A DNA stretch of 63,708 nt, from the sequence record SRR31156797_886. One strand, written 5' to 3'. Positions 48,324 to 58,600 of this stretch are shown here, piece after piece. The notes beneath the pieces are model-generated. The model was not told the origin of the DNA, did not search any database, and was given only the letters and a program-made list of their open reading frames with translations. How positions within the stretch are numbered: position 1 is the first letter of the stretch; every line of letters starts with the position of its first letter. The position numbers and the translations under genes were made by a program.

Positions 48324-49324
48324 GAGTAGCAATTAACGGATTCGGACGAATAGGAAGGTCGGTATTCAGAATTTTGAATGCCCGTAAAGATATTGACGTA
48401 GTAGCTATCAACGACCTTTTTGACAACAAAGTACTGGCCTATCTGCTGAAATATGATACCGTAATGAGCGGATTTGGTCAATCTGTTTCTATCAAAGGCG
48501 ACCACCTGGTTACACCGAACGAAAAGGTGAAAATGCTTACTATAAAAGATCCTGCTCAATATCCATGGAAAGAATTAAAAGTGGATGTTGTGGTTGAATC
48601 TACAGGTGTTTTCCGCAGCAGAGAAGCACTCATGCCGCACATTAAAGCCGGTGCCAAAAGGGTTATCCTTACCGTACCCGCCAAAGATGAGATTGATGCA
48701 ACAGTGGTTGTTGGTGTTAATGATGAAGTTCTAAAACCAGAGCATCAGATTATTTCAAATGCAAGTTGTACTACCAACTGCCTTGCGCCAATGGCCAAGG
48801 TGCTTAATGATGCATTTGGCATTGTTGAGGGTTTGATGACCACAACACACGCCTATACAAACGACCAGCGTCTTGCTGACGTACCTCACAAAGACTGGCG
48901 TCGTGGACGTGCAGCAGCTGAAAACATTATTCCAACCACTACCGGTGCTGCCCGCGCGGTTGGTAAGGTTATTCCGGAATTGGATGGAAAACTCGACGGA
49001 ATGGCATCTCGTGTGCCAGTCCCGGATGGTTCAGTGGTTGACCTTTTCATTGAGGTAGCTAAAAATGTTACGGTTGCTGATGTAAATGCAGCGGTAAGGC
49101 TTGCAGCTTCTACACCAAAAATGAAAAACATTTTAAATTACAGTGAAGACAAGCTTGTTTCAAGCGATATCGTTGGTAATTCTTACTCATCCATTTATGA
49201 TGCCGAATATACCAAGGTTGTTGGTGGACGTTATGTGAAAACACTGAATTGGTACGACAATGAATGGGGTTATTCAAACCGTGTTGTCGACCTGATTTCT
49301 ATGATCAGTGAATTTGAGAAATAG
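48320..49324 (+). CDS. gap: Type I glyceraldehyde-3-phosphate dehydrogenase (paralogue 3, catalytically intact)
   Basis: INGFGRIGR, SNASCTTNCLAP, HAYT, TTTGAA, RVP, WYDNEWGYS; ATGA overlap with the upstream gene. Confidence 0.95.
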   Translation: MRVAINGFGRIGRSVFRILNARKDIDVVAINDLFDNKVLAYLLKYDTVMSGFGQSVSIKGDHLVTPNEKVKMLTIKDPAQYPWKELKVDVVVESTGVFRSREALMPHIKAGAKRVILTVPAKDEIDATVVVGVNDEVLKPEHQIISNASCTTNCLAPMAKVLNDAFGIVEGLMTTTHAYTNDQRLADVPHKDWRRGRAAAENIIPTTTGAARAVGKVIPELDGKLDGMASRVPVPDGSVVDLFIEVAKNVTVADVNAAVRLAASTPKMKNILNYSEDKLVSSDIVGNSYSSIYDAEYTKVVGGRYVKTLNWYDNEWGYSNRVVDLISMISEFEK

Positions 49325-49353
49325 GGCGAAATCCAATACATCTTTTTAAAAAT

Positions 49354-49379
49354 AAGGGCGGGATTTCCGCCCTTTTTTT
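49354..49379 (+). terminator. Intrinsic terminator of the gap-like/gap operon
   Basis: AAGGGCGG-GATTT-CCGCCCTT followed by a T-run. Confidence 0.8.
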
Positions 49380-49423
49380 GTGCCCGAAAAACACGAAGGA
49401 AGACCATACCGAAAAATGGGGAT

Positions 49424-49452
49424 AAAAAAAGTCCCGGATTAATACCGGGACT
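49424..49452 (-). terminator. Second minus-strand terminator-like hairpin
   Basis: A7, GTCCCGG-ATTAATA-CCGGGAC. Confidence 0.6.
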
Positions 49453-49592
49453 GCTTGTAATCCTCCTTCATAAACGTTAGCTGAATAACAAAGGAAATAA
49501 AAAATCTTCTGTCTGCCCAGTGATTAAGCATTTTTAACCAAATTTTACCTGCGCATTATCACTGAAAAAAAGAGCAGAATTTATCAGTTCAT

Positions 49593-49628
49593 AAAAAAAA
49601 GCCCCGGCGAAAATTCGCCGGGGCTTTT
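49593..49628 (-). terminator. Intrinsic terminator of the giant T9SS cargo gene
   Basis: A8, GCCCCGGCGAA/TTCGCCGGGGC, T4. Confidence 0.85.
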
Positions 49629-49649
49629 ATGTGGGAATAACAATTAAGT

Positions 49650-52600
49650 TTATCTAATTACAAGTCGCTTAACAGCTGTGCTTCCTTTGCTTTCAAACTT
49701 AACAAAGTAAACACCCGGCTGTAAGTTGCTTACATCAATTTGTGATTCTTGCTCTGACATTTCATGAGTCATCACAACGCTACCTGATGCATTTGTAAAT
49801 GTAACATCAACCTGTGCATTAACAGGATAGAAAATGCTTACAACATCAGTGGCAGGATTCGGGAATATCTTGATCATATCGCTTGTGGCAACACCACCAA
49901 TACCTGTTGATGATTCCTTAAAGCTTGTGATCTTCGACAATCCATTGTTTGCATAGCGTCCATCAAAGTTTGGCATCGACATGTCGTACCTGGCAACGAT
50001 GTCTTCTTCAACACCATTGTAAGCAACCAGATTAATGGCTTCACCCAAAGTAGCACCGTCTTTCCAACCTGTGGCTGATTCGTCGCCGTAAACGGTCAAC
50101 AGATAGTTATCAGCTTTCTCGCGAACATCAGCATAACCAACACACATACCGCTGGCATCGAATGCACCGATAAACTGAGCATTGTCAAGTTCTTCAACAG
50201 CATCATTGGTAATGGAGATGAAGTGTACGCTTGCAGTACGTTCAAGCTCCCATGGGCTAACGTTGGTCACATATTCAACATCATTTGAACCGGCCTTCAA
50301 CTCACAATCAACATACTCAGGATAAGTAATATCAAATGAATTGAAGAAGTTACCGAGATAGCCAAATCCGGGCTTGAGTTCTGTAAGTGTGTACAGTCCG
50401 CCGTCCGGCCAGTAAATACGTGCTGTCTGGAGTTCAAAGATGATCAGAATGTCTTCATCATTGAAGTCACCTGGTAATGGATAGTCAACATTAGTCAGTA
50501 CCGGGAAGATGTTTGGTCCAACATCAAGTGTAATGGTTTGGTTTGCTGTATTTTCACCAGCAAGCAACCATGAACCATCAACATTGCTCTTAATCTTATA
50601 ACCATACTGTGTATTCCAGTCACCAAGATTGTTAACTTCTTCAGATGGCCAGAAGATTGAACCTTCGTCATTCAGCATAATAACCAGGTTATTTGCTGGG
50701 ACGATATAATCTTCAAGTGTGTAAAGGTCAGGATCAGTAGCTTCAATATAGGATGAAATGTATGACCATCCCTGTTTCATTTCAAGTAGCTGACCGTTGA
50801 GCTTGATATCAGTTACTGCATCAATTTCTGATTCGAGGAACTGTGTATCAGTAGCACGTGCTTCAATTGTGTTGAGGCAAGGATCAAGCTGAACTTCAAT
50901 TGACCAGTTCTCTGTACCTGTAGCCAATTGCCAAGCACCGCCGTTTACCCGCACTTCAACGAAGCTAACAAATCCGTCAAAGTCGGAGGCTGTACCTTCA
51001 ACAAGGATTGGGCTATAGTTGAAGAATGTGCCATCAACTGGTGATGTGATTTCAACAACCGGAGGAATACCTTCAATTGTCAACACCATATTATGCATAT
51101 CATTTCCGCATGGATCAACACCAACTGCAGTTAATGTAAGCAATACTTCACCATCGATGATATCCTGCATACCAGGGGTATAAGTAGGCATCAACGCAGT
51201 GTTATCGTCAAATGCACCATCTCCACTGGTTGACCAAAGCAGACCACTGTAATTGGTAGCAGCAGCTTCTGAGAGTGTGTATGTTTCATCTGATTGGATT
51301 GTTGCATCGTTACCGGCAAATGCTGTTGCCAAAGGCTGTACAAACAATGTCATACAATCTTCATCAGCTGTTGAACAAGGATCAACCGGCTCAGCAGTTA
51401 AACAAAGTGTAATTGTATTGCCAAGATCTCCTGCAACTGGCAGGTAGCTTGTATTCACAACTGTTTCATCGGCAAATGAACCTAATCCATCTGCTGTTTC
51501 CCAAAGTGTTGATGTAGTAAATTCTGCGGTTGCATCATCAAGTGAATAAACCTCACCTTCACAAACAGAAGCATCGGCTCCAGCATAAGCAACCGGTGCA
51601 GGCTGGATGTAGAGTGAAAGGTTATCATTTGCTATGGCAAGACATGGTGAATTGGGCTGTGCTACCAGGAAGATAATCACGGTGTTTCCAACATCTGCAG
51701 GATCAACCAGATAAGTTGGGTTCATAGCAGTCGGATCATCAAAATCACCTTGTCCGTTGGATGACCAGAACAATGCTGAGTAATTTTCGGCTGTGGCATC
51801 AGCAAGCGGGAAGTCTTCACCTTCACAAATTGTTGCGTCTTCACCTGCATAAGCAGTTGGTGAAGCAACTATCTCAATCTGGAATGCGTAAGTATCGAGT
51901 GTCGCCTGACTAGTAACACATCCGTTGGCATCAGTTAAACTTACAATAGTAAGGTCGTAAGTACCCGGGAGGAAGTCTGCAGCATTGAATGGGAAGCATT
52001 CGCTGGTTCCGGTCATGATGTCGCCAAACGGACCGCTTGGACCTGTTACAGCCCATTCAACTGTCCAGTCAGGTAATCCTTCAACACCTGTTAAACAAAT
52101 CTCAAACGATTCATTATCACAGAACATGTTCAACGCTTCAGGAGCATCACCATCAAGTGTAACCTCCAAAGTTGGTTCAGGAAGTATCTCAATCTGGAAG
52201 GCATATGAGTCGAGTGTTGTCTGGCTTGTGGTACATCCATCAGCATCGGTCAAACTTACAATGGTCAGATCATAAGTTCCCGGCAGGTAATCAGCTGCAC
52301 TGAACGGGAAGCAATCACTGGTGCCTGTCATCACATCGCCAAATGTTCCACTCGGGCCTGAAACTGCCCATTCAACGGTCCATTCGGGTGTTCCTTCAAC
52401 ACCTGTCAAACAAATCTCAAAGTCATCATCCCAGCAATATTCATTTACTGCTAGCGGTGTTGAACCATCAAGTGTAACTGCAAGTGTTGGTTCCGGGTTA
52501 ATTGTAACTGTGAAGTAGTAATAGTTATTAAGCACAGTTACAGGTATAGCGCAACCATTGGCATCTACAACTGAGGTTACCTGAACATTATAGGTATCCG

Positions 52601-55600
52601 GTCCTGAAGTGTAGTCAGCCAGATTAAAGTCATCACCAAAGTTCACATCATCGAAATCAATATCAGATCCACCGTTAATGGAAATTGAGATATCGAACGG
52701 GGGTGTACCTACTGATGTTTGTCCACCTTGTTCTTCAACAAGTGCAAGCATTATTTCAGAAACATCGTAGCAATACTCAAACTCTCCACCAGGTAACAAT
52801 GGATCATCGTCAATGGTAAAGAATGGATTTGGCTGAGGATAAACAACAAACGTAGCATTGTACATTGATACGTCAAGAGGTGAACATCCGTTAGCATCTG
52901 TTATCGAGGTAATCTGGACATTATAAGTACCGGCAGATAATACATCGCTAAATAGTACATTATTTACCAAATCAATATCTGAGGCACTGCCGGGATCACC
53001 ATTAACTTCCCATTCAATTGTGAATGGTGCGGTTCCGAGAAGAATCTCATTTAATGTAACTTCGATATTCTCGTCGAAGCAATAATACAAGGTTTCTCCT
53101 TCATAGAATGGATCCCCATTTGCAGCAAAAATCAGTGCTGGCGGAGGAGCCACAACAACTGTAGCATTGTATGGTGTGTAATCTGCTGGTTCACATCCAT
53201 TGGCATCAACAATTGATGTAATTTGAACCGGATATGTTCCGGCTGCCAATGGGCCGCTAAACAGATTATCGCCAACATTAACACCGTCAGCATTATCAGG
53301 ATCACCGTCAACGGTCCAGGCGATATCAAATGGGCCTTCTCCGGAAAGTACTTCATCAAGAGAAATGGTGACAGTTTCACCTTCGCAATATTCCAGTGTA
53401 GCGCCTTCATAGAACTGCGTGCCGTTGGCAGCAAAAATCAATGCGGGCTCTGCATGAATGTTAACTGTGAAATAGTAGTAGTTAAGTAATACCTGTTCAG
53501 GAATAGCACATCCTTTGTCATCCACTACTGAAGTTACCTGGATGTTGTATTCACCCGGAGCGGCTGTTGTGTAATCCAACAGATCGATTTCATCACCAAA
53601 ATTAACATCCACAAAATCGAATGGTGTTCCGCCATTGACCGAGAACGAGATATCGAATGGTGCAGTTCCTACGCTGGTTTGTCCGCCTTGTTCTTCAACC
53701 AGAGCAAGCATAACTTCTGTTACATCGTAGCAGTAATTATACTCCCCACCTGGTAACAATGGATCATCATCTATGGTGAAGAATGGGTTAGGCTGAGGAT
53801 TAACAACAATGTTAACTGAGTAAACTGAAATATCAGTCGGTGAACAATCATTGGCATCCTCAAGCAATGTGAGACTAATGGTGTACTCACCGGCTGGGTA
53901 CGTATTGCTGAAGAGCTCACCGTCAAGTTCTACACCATAAGCACTTCCACTTTCAACAAAATCAACTCCTTCGTAAACATCCCATTCAAAATCGAATGGT
54001 GCAGTACCAGAAAGGATTTCATCGAGTGTGATAGTAACAGTTTCATCGAAGCAATATGTCAAAGTAGCATCCTGATAAAACTGGCCATCTTCGTTGGCAA
54101 AAATAACTGCCGGTTCTTCGTTAAAGAAGAGAACCATATCATCAGCATCCTGGCCAGTACATGGTGATTCAGCAAATGCCGTAAGCGTAAGTGTTACGTT
54201 ACCGTCATTAAGGTCATCAAGGCTTGGTGTATAAGTTGCTGTGAGCGAATTCTCATCATCGAATGTACCGTCACCACTTGTTGACCAAATGTAGGAGGTT
54301 GAGTATTCAACACTTCCGTTAAGCTGGTATAGTTCATTTGCACAAGTAGTGGCATCATCACCTGCGTTTGCAATTGGCAGATACTGAACATCAAGTGTCA
54401 TACAGTCGGGCTCAGAATTTGTAACACAAGGATCCTGAGGCAGTGCAACAAGGCAAAGTTCAACAGAACCGTTAGTTACATCATCGGTACCAGGATAATA
54501 CATAGGATTCAGTGCATTTGCATCGCTGAATGAACCATCACCGTCAGTTGACCATAGCTGTCCGTCAGCATTTTCGACTGAAGCACCTGAAATCTGATAA
54601 GTACCATCTTCACAAACAACACCATCGTCACCTGCATCGGCAATTGGCAGAGGCTTAAATGTAAGGATCATACAATCAGGATCTGAATTTATTGTACATG
54701 GATCCTGAGCGAGGGCAACCAGGCAAAGTTCAACAGATCCGTTTGCTATATCATCCGTACCTGGATAATATGTTGGATTAAGAGCGGTATCGTCATCAAA
54801 TGTACCATCACCGCCAGTTGACCATGACTGGCCATCGTTATTTTCTACTGAAGCATTCACTAAAGTATAAGTGTCATTTTCACAAATTTCAGCATCAGCT
54901 CCTGCATCAGCACTTGGTGACAACTGGATAAAGATTACAATCTCATCTTCAATTGACTGACCAACACATGGTGCTATTGGAGATGCTGAAATGGTGAGTG
55001 TTACTGAAAGATTAGCCTGATCACCAATTCCCGGATTGTAAGTTGGGTTAACACTGGTATCATCATCAAATGTACCATCACCACTGGTAGTCCAGAGAAT
55101 TGCCTGGTAATCTTCAGCTGTGGCATCAGAAAGCATAAATGGTTCGAGGCCACAACTTGTATCATCATCACCTGCAAAAACAGTAGGCTGTCTTTGGATT
55201 GTGAGTGTCATGCAATCTGCTTCGGAATTTACAAAGCAAGGTTCAATTGGTTCGGCAACAAGGCACAATTCAACAGAACCATCGGCTGCATCCTGGGTGC
55301 CAGGCGTATATTCAGCATTTACATCAGTAGCCTCGTCAAATGTACCATCACCACCGGTTGTCCACATTTGTCCTGAGGCATTCTCAACACTTGCAGTGGA
55401 AAGCACATAAGTACCGTCTTCGCAAATCTCAGCATCGTCACCTGCGTTGGCAACTGGTGCATGACCAAATGTGATGGCAACGGTGATATCATCAGATATA
55501 CATCCGTTTACATCTTTAATGGTACCTGTGAAATTATAGAGTCCTTGTGGGTAGTTACCAGGAATAGTTAATGGTAACTCTTCGCTTGGAATATTCTGAT

Positions 55601-58600
55601 ATTGGAGTCCGTCAATCAAAACATAATCAGCACCGTCATAAACAAGGTAGAATATAGGTTGATTACCGTTGATAATCTCCCACATGATTCCCTGCCATCC
55701 ACCTGCGCCACTAACCACGCCACGATCGGCCCAGTAAGCGAAGAAATCTGCGGGTACTGTTGCTGTATGATAGAATTCGTTGAAGAATCCTGTTTCAAGG
55801 GTTTGTGTAGCTGTAAGTGCATCTACATCAAGCCAGTAATGAGTACCTTCTTCTCCGTTGAGGCACATACCAAATCCATCAACCAAATCTCCTGAAAGCG
55901 GATCAAATGATGGGGGTAGTTCAGCAAGTGAACCCTGCAAGGTAAGATCTGTAAGTTCAGGAAGTGGGTTGATGGTCAGTGTCATGAAATCATCAACTGC
56001 GGTTGTACAAGGATCGATTGGTTGGGCTGTTAAGGTTAGCTCAACGTCACCTGTTTCACCAACACCTGCATTATAAGTTGCATCCAGTTGGTCTCCATTA
56101 TCAAATGATCCTGTTCCACCTGACCATGCAAGACTTGAATAGTCCATTGCGCTGGCATCTGTAAATGTATAACTTCCATTCTCACATATAGTGGCATCTG
56201 AACCGGCATCGACCGTAGGTATTACCTGAATCGTTAAGGCAATATCATCAGATACAGGGGCTGTACAAGGATCTTCCGGCTGAGCGGTTAGTGTAAGTGT
56301 TACCTCAGGCACATCGGAGGATACCGGATAATAAGTAGCATCTTCCATTGTAGGATCATCAAAAGTACCATCTCCTGAAGTTGTCCACAGAAGTGTGGAA
56401 TAGTCGGCTGCAGTTGCATCAAGTGCGTAGCTTCCATCTTCACAGGCAGTTCCGTCAGCACCAGCATCAACTGTTGGCTCGAGCTGAATAAAGATAACCA
56501 GCTGATCTGTAACAGGGGCAACATCACATGGAGCAATAGGTGAAACCTGAACCTGGAGAGTTACTGAGAGATTTGACTCATCAAATGGTCCGGGATAGTA
56601 GGTTGGGTTAAGTTCAGAATTACTACTGAAGGTACCATCACCACTTGTAGTCCATAATACTGACCCGTCTTGGTAATTTTCAGCTGTTGCATCAACTAGT
56701 GGATATGGATCAATACCACAGGAGGTATCATCATCACCAGCAAATACGGTAGGCAGCTTTTGGATGGTTAGAGTCATGCATTCCTGTAACTCAAGTACAC
56801 AAACATCAATTGGATACACATCAATACACAGTTCTACTGAACCAGCATCGATATCGTCCTGACTTGGTGTGTAAGTTGGTGCTTCTGCAGAAGGATCATC
56901 AAATGTTCCTGTTCCTGAAGTTGACCACTCAATTGAGCTATAATTATCAGCTGTAGAAGAAACCGGAATCGTGTATGTATCATCTTCACAAATTGTTGCA
57001 TCATCAAGGTCTACAACAACCGGATTCAGTTCTATTGTAATCACGATGTCATCTTTAGCAGCAACATCGCAAGGCATAATAGGTGTAGCTGTAATGGTGA
57101 GTGTTACCTCGCCGTTAGTTTTATCAACATCACCAGGGAAGTATTGTGGATTCAAAGTAAATGCGTTGCTCCAGGTACCATCACCTGAAGTTGTCCATAA
57201 TATGGAAGCATTATTTGCAACAGTTGCATCATTCAGGAATATGGCATCTTCACAGAATGTGTCATCTTCACCGGCATATGATTCTGGCTCAACCTGGAAG
57301 TAGAGCACCATTTCATCGGTATCTTCAACATCACATGGGCTACATGGCTGAGCAATTAATGTAAGTGAGACTTGTCCTGCAATTAAATCATTTGTGCCTG
57401 GTGTGTAAACAGCGGTTAATGATGAGGGAACATCAAATGTACCATCACCTGCTGTTTCCCAAAGACTTCCACATGCATTATCTACAGAACCATTCATGGT
57501 GTTGGTTCCTGTTTCGCAAATGGTTTTGTCTGCGCCAGCATCCGCAACCGGAAGCTCCTGAATCATGAAGTAAGCATTGTCGGAAGCTTCAAGCGTACAT
57601 GGGTCGATTGGGTTTGCAGTAAATGTTAAGGTAACTGATCCATTGAGAATATCACCAGCTCCCGGATAATAAGTGGTAGTTGCGGCAGTAGCATCTTCGA
57701 ATGTACCATCGCCATCGGTGGTCCATGCTGTTGAGCTCTCATTTGTAGCAACACCTGTTACTTCATTACCAGTTTCGCAAAGTGTTCCATCACCGCCAGC
57801 ATCAGCAGTAGGTGAACCCTGGATAGTTAGTATCATACAATCTTCCGGTATGGCAGTACAAGGATCTATGGAGGTTGCCTCAATGCAAAGCTGTACAGAA
57901 CCATTTTCAATATCATCAGTTCCAGGATAGTATGTTGGGTTCATGGATGTAACATCATCAAACGAACCGTCGCCATCGCTGGTCCATGTAATGGTTTCGT
58001 AATTTTCCGCTGTTGCATCTTCCAATATAAAACTATCTGAGTCGCAAATTGTAGCATCTGGACCTGCATCAACAACAGCAGCCTCAATAACTACGAGATT
58101 CATATCGTCCTGATCTGAAATTACACATGGATGAATTGGATTGGCAACTAATGTAAGTGTAACAATACCTGCTCCAACATCGCTGGATCCAGGATAATAG
58201 GTTGCCAAAAGTTCCATGGAATCATCAAAAGTACCATCACCGTTTGTTGTCCACTCCAGGTTACTGTTGTTGTAAACAGCAACTGCACCATCAAGGAATG
58301 TATAACCTGTTTCGCAGGCGGTATCATCGTCACCGGCATCTGCAATTGGCAGAGGCTGAACATTCAATACGATGTCATCAGAAGTTGACTGCGTACATGG
58401 ATCGATTGCATAGGCAACTATTGTTAACGTTACCGTTCCGGCGGTTGCATCTCCAGTACCGGGATAATATGTTGGATTCAGTGTCATCGCATCATCAAAT
58501 GTACCATCGCCGTCTGTCGACCACATAACACCAAAATAGTTGTAGGCTTCAGCCTCAAGCAGGAAGAATCCGCTTTCGCAAACGTCAGCATCAGCACCTG

